Source: an uncultured Bacillota bacterium (GTDB lineage Bacteria; Sysuimicrobiota; Sysuimicrobiia; Sysuimicrobiales; Segetimicrobiaceae). From it: a DNA stretch of 64,000 nucleotides. The notes below the pieces were generated by a model that was not told where the DNA came from, did not search any database, and saw only the letters and a list, made by a program, of their open reading frames with translations. The translations under genes and the position numbers were made by a program. The stretch is from positions 96,001 to 160,000 of the forward strand of contig CAWDRG010000010.1 in the NCBI GenBank assembly GCA_963804645.1. The letters run 5' to 3'. Below, in pieces: positions 28,569-39,774 of this stretch (the first letter of the stretch is position 1; every line of letters starts with the position of its first letter).

Positions 28569-31500
28569 TTACGCGCCGCGGTACCGGCGCCGCATGTAGC
28601 CGCACAGCCCGAGCAGGCTTGTCCCGAACAGCACCAGCGTGCTGGGTTCGGGCACCGGGGAGACTCCTGGGCCGATCACCAGCGTCAGGCTGGTAGGCGC
28701 AAACACATCCGTGCACGTCGTGGGACACGCCCAGTTCGTCAGGTCCATGCTCGAGAAATTGCCGGTCGACGACGCGAACTCCATGAACGTGAAGCTGTCC
28801 CCGGGGATGGGCGTGAACCCGTTCACGGTCGTAAAGTCCACCGTGCCGGTGAGGGCCGCCACACCCGACACATCCAGCACGCTGAACTGCCCTGGGGCCG
28901 TCCCGCCGAGATCGATCGTCAGGGTTCCGCCCGGACCCTGCGTGTAGTTGCCCGTGTCGGTCAGCGTCGCGGGGTTGCCCGCGGCGAAGGGGTTCACGAA
29001 ACCGCCCGTGTTCTGGATGTTGCCGACAACCGTCCCGTCGCCCGACAGCGTGCCGCCCTGAATCGCGGTCACCGCCGCGTCGAGGCTGCCCCGCACCACG
29101 GTGCTGCCGCCCGTCTGCGTGTAGTTATTGCTGCTCGTTGAGAGGGTCTCGGTCTTTCCGACGGTGACGCTCCCGGCGCCGGCGTTCGTGAACCCACCGT
29201 TGGCGGCCAGCGTGTCGTTGCTCCCCTGCATGTTCACCGTCGCCGTTGTTGGTGGTCGCGCCCGTCACCGACACGTTGCTGTTCGAGCTCGGCGCGACGA
29301 ACGCGAGTGTCGCGCCGGCGATATTGTTGAACATGCCGGCCACGCTCACGCTATCGGAGGTAGCGCTGAGGGTCACCGACCCGCCGCTGAGATTGTTGAA
29401 GTCGCCGGTGTCGGTCACGGTATCGTTGTTGCCGCTCAGCGTGATCGGGCCCGAGTTGTCCAAATCCGCGGTCAGCGTGTTGCCGTTTCCGGCGATCGTG
29501 AGCGTCCCGGCGGTGGCGAGCTTGCCCGTGATGCCGATGTTGCCGTTCGTGCCGGTCATCGACAGCAGCCCGCCGACGTTATTGGTGAACGCACCGCCCA
29601 CCGTAACGGTGTTCATGTTCGCGGTCAGCGCGAGCCGCCCGCCGTTGTTGATCGTGAACGTACCCGTGGTCGTGAGCGTATCGCTGTTGCCGTTCAGATC
29701 GATGTTCGCCAGCGACATGCCGATCGACGGACCGGTCACCACCGAGGCCGCGCTCAGCGAGTTGGTGCTGCCGCCGAGGACGATCGAGCCCTGGTTCGTC
29801 AGCGCGCCGGTGACCGCGATGCTGCCGCCCGTCCCGTTCATCCCCACCGCCGCGCCGGCGGCCCCGACCCCGTTGTTGAAGGCGCCGCCCACGGTGATCC
29901 GGTTCCCGGTCCCGCTCGTCATGACGCTGCTGCCGAAGTTGGCGGTGAAATCGCCCAGGTCGGTCAGCGTATCGTTCGTGCCGCTGAGCGTGATGTCACC
30001 GGTATTCGTCACCGAGGCGACCGTCAGCGTATTGCTGGATCCGGCGAGCGTGACGTTGCCGAGGAACGCGTTGGTCAGCGCCCCCGTCACCGTGATGGCC
30101 CCGTTCGTGCCGTTCATCGCCACGTTCGCGTTGCCCTGGTTGTTGAAGGCCCCGGCCACGGTCACCGTGTTCGCGTTCGCGCTCAACGTGAGCGAGCCTG
30201 TCCCGAGCTGATTGTTGTTGAAATCACCCGCGGTCGAGAGCGTATCGGTGTTGCCGCCGAGCGTAATCGCGCCGTCGTTCTGCAGCGCTTGGGCCGAGGT
30301 GACGTTGAGCGCATTGCCGGTGCCCGTCAGATTGATCGTGCCGAAGTTCGTGAGCTGCCCGTTCAACGTGATGGTGCCGTTCGTGCCGCTCATCGCGACC
30401 GAGGCGCCGCCGCCGTTGTTGAACGCGCCGGTCACGGTCACCATGTTCGCGTTCGCGCTCAAGGTCAGCGAGCCGCCAGCGTTGTTGTTGAAGACGCCGG
30501 CGTCGGTCAGGGTGTCCCCGTTCGCGTTCAGGTTGATCGGGCCCGCGTTCGTCAGGTCCGCGCTGAGCGAGTCCCCGACGCCGTCGAGGTTGATCGTGCC
30601 GTTGTTGGTCAGCAGGCCCGAGATGCTGACCACGTTGTTCCCCGTGTCGCTCACGCCGTTGCCGGTGTCGAGCGTGCCGCCGTTGGTGAGATTCCCGGTC
30701 ACCGTGAGCGTCGAGGTCTCCTGCACGCTCATCGTCCCGCTGTTCGTCAGCGTGCCGCCGGTGGGGGTAATGCTCGTGTTCTCCCCGATGAGCTCCAGCG
30801 AGCCCTCGACGCTGCCGAGCTTGCGCCAGCGCGCTCGTCGACCCGTTCACCTCAAACGTCCCGGCCAGGATCAGCCCCGCGCCACTCGGAATATCCGTGA
30901 CGCCGTTCGGCTGATTGACCAGGTTCAGCGTCGCGCCGCCGGTGATGTCGAGCGTCCCGGCCGTCATCGTCAGCGAGTCGATCGTGATGCTCGGCGGCGT
31001 CGACGCGCTGCTGAGGGTCAGCAGGTTCCCCGGCGAGTTGAGCACCGCGTCAAACGTATTCGTCATGTTGTTGTTCGGGATACACGTCGTGACCGTCGGG
31101 CTGCAGGACCACTCCGACGCGGTCGTCCAGTTGCCGGAGCCGGTCGACCACGTGGCGGTGACGGCCCCGGTCCCCACGGACGACACCGCGTCGAGGATGA
31201 CGTCCGTCGGGTTGTACGCGATCGTCCAGTTCACCCCGTCCAGTGCGAAGCCGCTCGACGGGGCGTTCGCGAACGTCCCCGACACCGTACCGCCCGGGTC
31301 GTTCAGGATCGTGAACATGTTGCCGACCGGGTTGAACCCATTCAGCAGCGAGATGCCGAGCTGCGAGCTGGCGCCAAGGGTCGCGTTCCCGCTCGTCAGG
31401 CTGAGCGCTCCAAAGTTCGCGGCGCTCGCGATCTGCGTGCTGAAGGTGCCGCCCGTCTGATTGTAGTTCCCGTTGACCGTCAGCGTACCGGGTGTGCCCG

Positions 31501-34500
31501 GCGCGCCCGGCTGGACCGTGCCCGCGGACACCGTCACGGGACCGTTGACCGTCCCGGTGCCCTGCAGCGTCCCGCCGTTGATGCCCACGCTCGCCGCCGC
31601 CAGCGTGCCGTTCACGGTCGTCGTCCCGCCGGACTGCGTGTAGTTCTTCGTGCCGCCGGCGCCGTCGTTGAAGGTGCTGCCGGATCCGACGGTCACAGTC
31701 CCCGGCGTTCGCGAAGTCGGCGCTCGTCGTGAAGACCCGGCCGCCGGTGACCGTGAAGCTCGATCCGATCGTCGTGTTGGCCGCCAGGGTCGACAGCGCG
31801 TCGAGGCCCGACTGCATCCACCACGTTCGAGTTCACGCCGTTCAACGTGATGTTCGCCGCGTTGTTCACCACTTCCCCGCCCGTGGTGCCGAACGAGGCG
31901 ACCTGCAGCGTGCCCGGCGAGAGTCGTGGTCCCGTTCACGATGTACGTGCCGCCCGTCAGCGTGTTGCCGCTGAAGTTTGCGAGCGGCGTCCCCGCGACC
32001 AGCTGCATCGTGCTCCCCGCGTTCACCTGCATCGTCCCGTTGTTCGTTACGGTGCCGCCGCCGTTGAACAGCAGGGTCTGCCCGGGCGCGTTGGCAAGCA
32101 ACGTCCCCGCGGCGTCGTTGACCACCGACAGCCCGTTGTCGCCGATATTCCCCGCGCCCTGGATGGTATTGTCGACGTTGGTCAGGGTCAGGCCGCCCGC
32201 CGTCTGGAAGATGATGGGGGTTCCGCCGCCGCCGGCCGTGGACAGCGTCACCGTACCCCGCCCCGCCCTGTAGCGTCGTGTCGGCGTTGATCTCGACGTC
32301 GGTATTGACGCCGCTCCCCGCGTTGATCTGGATGTTGCCGAGGTTGTCGAACGTCCCGAAGAGCGCCGTGGTGCTCGAGAGGGCGGCAGTATAGGTGCTC
32401 CCCGCGCTCACGGTCAACGCGCCCTGGGAGGTCCCATCCAAGGTCGCGGACTGTCCTTGCGGCGTGCCAAGGGTCCCGCCACTCAGCGTATTCAGCGTCC
32501 CGCCCGAGATAGTGGCGCCGCTTTGGATGCTCACCGTGGCGCCGGCGCCGTTCGCGGTGATGTTACCGCCAAGATTGTTCACGTGATTCTCGATCACCAG
32601 GTTGCCGCTGTTCGTGGCTTCCAGCAGCCCGGCGTTCGTCACCAGTCCCCCGCCATCCATCGTCAGGGTCGTCGTGAGGCCGCCGCCCGTCGAGTTCGCG
32701 TCGATCACTCCGCCGGCCTCGTTGGTCACCGCGAGCCCATTGTTGCCGAGGATGCCTTCGCCCTGGATGGTGTTGTTCACGTTCACGAGGGTCATGCCGC
32801 CCGCAGACTGCTCGATGAACGCGGCGCCGCCGCCGGTGGCCGAGGACAGGTTCACCGTGCCCCCACCCTGCAGCGTCAGCGTGAGTTGGCTGCCGTTCCC
32901 CAGCAACACGATCGTGTTGACGCCCGAGCCCCCGTTGATCTGGAACGTGTTGTCGTTGTTGATCGTGCCGAGGAGAGTAGTCGTGGAGCTCAGGGCGCTG
33001 GTAAACGTGCCGTTGAGCGTGATCGGCCCCGCGGTACCCCCGTCCAACGTCGCCGACTGGCCGACCGGCACGCCCAGGGTCCCGCCGTTGTTGTTCAGCG
33101 TCCCGCCCTGGATGATGGTGCCGCTTTGCAGGGTCACCGTGGCGCCGGCGCCGTTGGCGGTGATGTTGGCACCGGCGTTGTCCACGTTAGTCTCGATCAG
33201 CAGGTTGCCGCTGTTCGTGGCTTCCAGCAGCCCGGCGTTCGTCACCAGTCCCCCGCCGTCGAGCGTCAACGCCGTGATCAGCGGGCCGCCCGTCGAGTTC
33301 GCATCGATCACTCCACCGGCCTCGTTGAGCACCGTGAGCCCGTTGTTGCCGAGGATGCCCTCGCCCTGGATGGTGTTGTTGACGTTCGCCAGGGTCACGC
33401 CGCCCACAGCCTGCTCGATGAACGCGTCGCCGCCGCCCATGGTCGAGGACAGGTTCACCGTGCCCCCGCCCTGCAGCGTCAGCGTGAGTTGGGTGCCGCT
33501 CCCCAGCTCCACGATCGTGTTGACGCCCGAGCCCCCGTTGATCTGGAACGTGTTGTCGTTGTTGATCGTGCCGAGGAGAGTAGTCGTGGAGCCGAAGTCG
33601 GCGGTATACGTGCCGTTGAGCGTGATCGGCCCAGCGGTACCCCCGTCCAACGTCGCCGTCTGGTTTACCGGCGTACCCAGGAACCCGCCGTTGTTGGTCA
33701 GCGTCCCGCCCTGGATGGTGGTTTGGATGCTCACCGTGGCGCCGGCGCCGTTTGCGGTGATGTTACCGCCGGCGTTGTCCACGGTGTTATCGAGCACCAG
33801 GTCGCCGCTGTTCGTGGCTTCCAGCAGCCCGGCGTTCGTCACCAGTCCCCCGCCGTCGAGCGTCAACGTCGTGATCAGGCCGGGGCCGCCGGTCGAGTTC
33901 GCGTCGATCACTCCACCGGCCTCGTTGGTCACCGTGAGCCCGTTGTTGCCGAGGATGCCCTCGCCCTGGATGGTGTTGTTGACGTTTAGGAGCGTGACGC
34001 CGCCCACACTCTCCTCGATGAACGCGTCGCCGCCACCAACGGGCGTGGACACGTTCACCGTGCCCCCACCCTGCAGCGTCACCGTCGTGGCGCTCGCGGT
34101 CCCCAGGAACGTTATCGTGTTGGTGCCCGCGCCCCCGTCGATCTGTATCGTGCCGAGGTTGTTGATCGTGCCGGCGAGGAACAACTCCGTGTTCAGGGCG
34201 CTGGTAAACGTGCCGTTGATCGTCACCGCACCCGCCGCCGTGCTTCCGTCCAGATTACCTACATTCCCCGTCAGCACGCCCAAGGTCCCGCCGGCGTTGG
34301 TCAGCGTCCCGCCCTGGATGTCCGCGGCCAAAAGATTCACCGTGCTGCCGCTGCCGGCCAGGATGGTGCCGCCTGCGTTGTTCACGGTTGCAGTCACAAT
34401 CGCCAGCGTGCCGCCACTCGTGGCTTCGAGCAGATTCGTATTGGTGACCCCGCCGCCGGCGTCGATCTCCAACTCGCCCGTTCCCGGCACGTTGGCATCG

Positions 34501-35129
34501 ACGATGCCCTGATTGTTCAGGGCCAACCCGCCGTCCCCGACGAGGCCCGTGCCCTGAATCGTGTTATCGGCGTTGGTCAGCGTGACCCCGCCTACGCCCT
34601 GTAGGATGATCGCGTTACCGAAGCCGCTGGTCAGCGTCACGGTCCCCCCGCCCGACAGCGTGGTACTGGCATCGAGCTCCAGCAGGGTATTGAAGCCGCT
34701 CCCGGCGTTGATCACGATGTTGCCGCCGTTGATAATTTGCGACCCGTTGGTAATCAGCGTGCTGTTCAGACTCATGTTCAGCGTGTTGTTCGGGTCGACT
34801 TGGAGGCTGTCGACGTTCGCGGTGAACCCGGTGTCGAACGTCACGGTCGTGGGAGTCCCCAAGGTGCCGTTGGTGATGCAGACGTTGGTGCCGGCGCCGT
34901 TGGGCACCGTCCCGGTGCTCCAGTTCGACCCTGTGTTCCAGTTGCTGTTGCCGTCAGTCCACGACGTGGGACTCGCCAAGGTGCACGCCGCGGACGCCGG
35001 ACCGGCGCCGAACGACACGGCCGCACCGAGCGCCAGCACAAGACAGCTAAATAGGAAGAACGCGGGCCTACGATGGCCCGCGCGCAGACGTGCCCCCACG
35101 AGCATCCACACCGCCGATAACTGACTCAC
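28569..35129 (-). CDS. Giant (~2,180 aa) PEP-CTERM surface protein with Gly/Asn/Thr-rich beta-strand repeats; 6 apparent frameshifts (~32260, 31920, 31810, 31700, 30822, 29243)
   Basis: GTG at 35129 with RBS GGGGAGG; signal-like N-terminus; continuous G/N/T repeat protein recoverable across frames; C-terminus VSPVPEPSTLVLFGTSLLGLCGYMRRRYRGA. Confidence 0.85.
32522..34330 (-). repeat. Three near-identical ~600-bp (~200-aa) intragenic tandem repeats
   Basis: Anchor TTCGTGGCTTCCAGCAGCCCGGCGTTCGTCACCAGTCCCCCGCC at 32611, 33214 and 33811 (periods 603 and 597); diverged copy near 34418. Confidence 0.9.
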
Positions 35130-35621
35130 GGTTGCCTCCCCCTTGCGATACGCACCGTACCACTGTCGCGTCCCGGCGCCAGAACACGCGCAAACCGCTG
35201 TGAATCCGCGATGTGACAGACACACCCGTAGTCGGGCTATGTTCCCCTATTGTTTCCAATGTCCACGGCCGGGGTAATCCCTCAATCGGAGGGTCTTTAC
35301 GATCCGAACAGCGTTATCAGGCCACCCGACACGCCCAGGCGGTGCGCGCCGATGCTGAGGACAGATGCGGTGTCGCCGGCCAGTGCCACCGAACACCGCA
35401 CCGCCTGACGCTGCGGAGACCGCCGGCGGCGCGCCGCCAGACAGCACGCCACCCAGGTGGAGGAAACCGCGGTGGAAGCCCCAAAGTATGGGGTATCGGG
35501 TAAGCGCGGCACACACCGCACGCGAAATCTGCTGATAACCGTCCCGACGCGGTCGGGCGCGCCCCGCCCGGTACGCTCGGCAGGCGGCGGCCGACCCGCC
35601 GCCCCGCCCTTCGGAGGCCCT

Positions 35622-37674
35622 ATGGTAGACCGGTATCGGCTCGGCGTTGACATCGGGGGCACGTTCACGGATTTCGTGTTGTTGAACGAGGCGTCCGGCG
35701 CGGTAGAGATCCTGAAGATTCCCACGACACCGCGGGCACCCGCCGACGCCGTCGCGGACGGCGTCCGAATTCTCTCCCGACGACTTACGATCGACCCGGC
35801 GGTAATCGACTACTTCGTCCACGGGACGACCCTGGCCGTGAACACGCTGATCGAGCGCTCCGGCAGTCCGGTGGGCCTGCTCGTGACGAGCGGACTCGAG
35901 GACATCCTCGAGATCCGGCGGTTGCGGCTTCCCGATCCGCAGAATTTCTTCACGGATCCTCCGGCGCCGCTCGCCCCTCGCGAGATGGTGCGCGGCATCG
36001 ACGAACGCCTCGGTCCGAGCGGCGGGGTGGAGCGGGCCCTCGATGTGGAGGACGCCGAGGCCAAGGCCGCGGAGCTGGTGGCCGCGGGCTGCCGGGCGCT
36101 GGCGATCTGCTTCCTGCACGCGTACGCGAACGACGAACACGAGGCGGCGGTCAAGCGCCGCATCGAGGCCCGGTTCCCCGGGCTGTTCGTCTGCACGTCG
36201 AGCGACGTGTGGCCCCAGCGCCGCGAGTACGAGCGCTCGCTCCTGACGACGATCAACGCGCACGTCGGCGAGCGGATGCGCGACGTACTTTCGGTCCCTC
36301 GAGCACGATCTGCGCGCGCTCGGGGTCGCCTCTCCGATCCTCTCGACGAAATCGAACGGCGGCGTCATGACGGCGCGGACGGCCGGCGAGCGGTCGGTCG
36401 AGACGTTGTTCTCGGGCCCGTCCTCCGGCGTCATCGGCGCGCACTGGGTCGCCGCGCAGGCCGGATTTCCGCGCGTCATCACGTTCGACATGGGCGGGAC
36501 GAGCGCCGACGTCTCCGTGATCACGGACCGTCCTTCGTACTCGAGCGAAGCGCAGGCCGGCGACTTTCCGATCCTGATGCCGTCGATCGATATCAAATCG
36601 GTCGGCGCCGGCGGCGGGTCCATCGCCTGGATCGACCGGAGCGGCGTGCTGAAGGTCGGACCGCACAGCGCGGGGTCCGAGCCGGGCCCCGCGTGCTACG
36701 GGCGCGGCGGCACCGAGCCCACGATCACCGACGCCTACCTCACCATGGGCTGGCTGAACCCCGCGCGGTTCGCGGGGGGCGGCGTGCCGCTGGATCCCGC
36801 GGCGGCGCGCGGCGCGCTGACGACGTTGGGGCGGCGCCTCGGCATGGAGGCCGAAGAGATCGCGTGGGCGATCGCGGAGGTGGCCACCGCGAACATGTAC
36901 GCCCGCTTCACGCCGTTTCTCACGAGCCGCGGCGTCAACGCCGAAGAGTACGCCGTGGTGGCCTACGGCGGAGCCGGCCCCACCCACGTCTGCCTGCTCG
37001 CGCAGGAACTCGGCCTGAGCCGCGTGCTCGATCCCGCGCATCCCCGGCGCCTTGTGCGCCCTCGGATGCCTCGTCGCGGATCTGCGGGCGGATTTCGTGC
37101 GCGTGCTCGACGCGCGGTGCGCCGGACTCTCGCCGGCGGCGCTGGAGGCGTCGTTCCAGACGCTGGAAACCGAGGCGCACGCCTGGCTCGAGCGCGAAGG
37201 ACTCGCCGTCACGGCGCACCGGTTCGAGCGGTCCGCCGACATGCGCTACGTGGGTCAGTCGTTCGAGCTGACCGCGCCCCTGCCGGACCGGATCGACGGG
37301 TCGCTCGACCCGGTGCTCGAGGCGTTCTACCGCGTGTACCACGACGTGTACGGCTACGTCGACCGGGAGGCCCCCGTGGAGATCGTCGACCTTCGGATGC
37401 AGGTCGTGGGGGTCACCCCGAAACCGGCCAGCCTCGACGCACCGCCCGCCGCGGGCCCACGCGCCGCCGCGCACGGCGGCCGCGCGCCCGATCTATTGGA
37501 ACGGGACAGATGGTGGAGGCGGCGGTCTACCAGCGCGCCGCGCTCCAGGCCGGGGATCGGCTGACGGGACCGGCGCTGATCGAGCAGGACGACACGACGA
37601 CGGTCGTCCCGGCGGGCTTCAGCGCCGCCGTCGATGCGCAGCTCAACGTGATCATGGAAAGGCGGGCGCGATGA
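35622..37674 (+). CDS. hyuA: Hydantoinase/oxoprolinase subunit A (frameshifts at ~36290, 37030, 37490)
   Basis: GVDIGGTFTD, HGTTLAVN, REYERS, SGPSSG, DMGGTSAD, GAGGGSIA, GPACYGRGG, GPALIEQDDTT. Confidence 0.87.
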
Positions 37675-39701
37675 TCACGGAACGGACCACGAATCCCGTC
37701 ATGCTGGAAGTCCTCCGCAACCGCTTCCAGGCGATCGCGGAGGAGATGGCCTCACTCGTCCTGCGCGCGGGCCACACCGTGTTCGTGAAGGAGACCTCGG
37801 ATTTCGGGGCCGCGCTGGTCTCGACGCGCGGGGAAGTCGTGTGCGCGCCGGTCAACACCGGGGTAGCGCTGATGGTGGGCGTGCCGTGCGACGTCGCGAT
37901 CGAGCGCGCCCAGGACCTCGGGGTCGAGCCGGGCGACGTCTTCATCTCGAACGACGTCTGGGGCACCGGCGGCATGGCGACGCATCTGCCCGACATCTAC
38001 GTGTGGAAGCCGATCTTTCACGACGGGCAGGTGATCTGCTACGCGTGGGCGTTCGTGCACTCCTCGGACGTCGGCGGAATCGTGCCGGGCAGCATCGCGC
38101 CGTCAAGCAATGAGATCTACCAAGAAGGCATCCGGATCCCGGTCTCCAAGCTGTTCCGCCGCGACGAGCTGAACCGCGAACTGCTGAACCTCATCATGGC
38201 GAACTGCCGCATCCCCGACCAGAACTGGGGCGACATCAAGGCCATGGTCTCCGGACTGACGCGCGCCGAGCAGCGCGTGGAGGCCCTCGTCGACCGCTAC
38301 GGCATGGAGACGGTCCGCGCCGGCATCGTCGACGTGCTCGACTACGCCGAGGAACAGGCGCGCGAGGAGTTTGCCAAGGTTCCGGACGGGACGTACGTGT
38401 TCTGGGACTACATGGAGGGCGACTCCGGCGGCGGGCGGGCCATTCGGATGAAGGTGCGGATGGTCGTCGACGGCGGCGGTGTGACGCTCGACTTCTCGGA
38501 TACCGACCCGCAGACCCGCCAATCGTACAACCTACCGTCGCATTCGCGCCGCGGGCACTGGCAGTTCGTCTTCTCGCTCGTCGGCTTCCTGCGCTCGGTG
38601 CGGGCCGGCATCACGTACAACTCGGGCCTGGCCCGTCCCGTCGCCCTGGAGATCCCGCGCGGCAGCGTGCTGAACCCGGAGCCGGGCGTTTCCGTCGGCA
38701 ACCGCTCCGCCACGCAGATCCGCCTCGTGGACGTCATCATGGGCGCGCTCGCGCAGGCGCGGCCGGAGACCATACCGGCGGCCGGCGCGGGGCAGGGATC
38801 GATCTTCTTGCTGCGCGTGCCGGACCCGAACACGGGGCAGAGCAAGGTCAGCGTCATTCAACCGCTGTGCGGCGGGTCGGGCGGCCGGCCGACCAAGGAC
38901 GGGATCGACGGCATCGACTTCTCCATCGGCTATCTCCGCAACATTCCGGTCGAGTCCATCGAGGCCGACATGCCGGTGCGCATCCGCCGGTACCGCCTGC
39001 GCGAGGACTCCGGCGGGGCCGGACGCTTCCGGGGCGGGGTCGGCCTGGAGATCGAGATGCAGGTCCTGGCGCCTGAGGCCACCGTGACCTCCCGGGCGAT
39101 GGACCGCTACAATTTCAGGCCGTGGGGCCGCCTCGGCGGCCGACCGGGCGCCCGCGGCTACACGCTGCTGAATCCCGGCACGCCGGCGGAGCGCTCCATC
39201 GGGAAGATCGACGTCCTGCAACTCGAGTACGGCGACGTGATCCGCATCGGGACGCCCGGCGGCGGCGGATACGGGGACCCGCTGGAGCGCGACCCCGCCG
39301 ACGTCGCGGCCGACGTCCGGCGCGGCGTCCTCAGCGCCAACTCCGCCGCCCGCGAGTACGACGTGGTGCTGCGCTCCGACGCCACGGTCGACGACGCAGC
39401 GACGCAGACCCGGCGCGCGGCGCGCCGCGCGGCGCGGGGACCGCTGCGGGACTTCGACTTCGGGCCCGAGCGCGAGGAGTACGAGCGCGTATGGTCGGAT
39501 ACCCTCGTCACCGGGCTCGTCCGGGCGCTCGACCCGTATCCTCCGAAGATGCGCACGCTCCTGCGTGAGCGCGTCTGCCGCGCGATCGACGCGGAGACCG
39601 CTGCGGGCCGCCCGGTGACGGTGGACGACCTCGCGCGGCTGCTCGGAGGCATCCTCGAATCGGTGGGCTACACGGCGAAGATCCCGGCACCGGCCGGCTG
39701 A
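37671..39701 (+). CDS. hyuB: Hydantoinase B/oxoprolinase subunit
   Basis: PGDVFISND, THLPD, HSSDVGG, EGIRIP, PVESIE, DSGGAGRFRGG, TPGGGGYGDP. Confidence 0.9.
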   Translation: MITERTTNPVMLEVLRNRFQAIAEEMASLVLRAGHTVFVKETSDFGAALVSTRGEVVCAPVNTGVALMVGVPCDVAIERAQDLGVEPGDVFISNDVWGTGGMATHLPDIYVWKPIFHDGQVICYAWAFVHSSDVGGIVPGSIAPSSNEIYQEGIRIPVSKLFRRDELNRELLNLIMANCRIPDQNWGDIKAMVSGLTRAEQRVEALVDRYGMETVRAGIVDVLDYAEEQAREEFAKVPDGTYVFWDYMEGDSGGGRAIRMKVRMVVDGGGVTLDFSDTDPQTRQSYNLPSHSRRGHWQFVFSLVGFLRSVRAGITYNSGLARPVALEIPRGSVLNPEPGVSVGNRSATQIRLVDVIMGALAQARPETIPAAGAGQGSIFLLRVPDPNTGQSKVSVIQPLCGGSGGRPTKDGIDGIDFSIGYLRNIPVESIEADMPVRIRRYRLREDSGGAGRFRGGVGLEIEMQVLAPEATVTSRAMDRYNFRPWGRLGGRPGARGYTLLNPGTPAERSIGKIDVLQLEYGDVIRIGTPGGGGYGDPLERDPADVAADVRRGVLSANSAAREYDVVLRSDATVDDAATQTRRAARRAARGPLRDFDFGPEREEYERVWSDTLVTGLVRALDPYPPKMRTLLRERVCRAIDAETAAGRPVTVDDLARLLGGILESVGYTAKIPAPAG

Positions 39702-39774
39702 CGCAGCGGGCGGCCGCACCCCGTACCCTGGACGCACGGACACGCATCACATCTGGTACGCTGGAGGGAGCCAC

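Noticed and set aside
32602..34512. Long plus-strand ORFs opposite the PEP-CTERM gene, and the many other Arg/Pro/Ala-rich alternative ORFs
   Set aside because: Antisense or shadow frames expected in high-GC coding DNA; no recognisable motifs
28569..35129. Autotransporter, or several separate genes
   Set aside because: No C-terminal beta-barrel (ends in PEP-CTERM); fragments join through small frameshifts into one continuous protein
35130..35620. c-di-GMP riboswitch, CRP site or sigma54 promoter upstream of the PEP-CTERM gene
   Set aside because: Only partial resemblances (GGAAACAAT, TGTGA); the required paired motifs were not found
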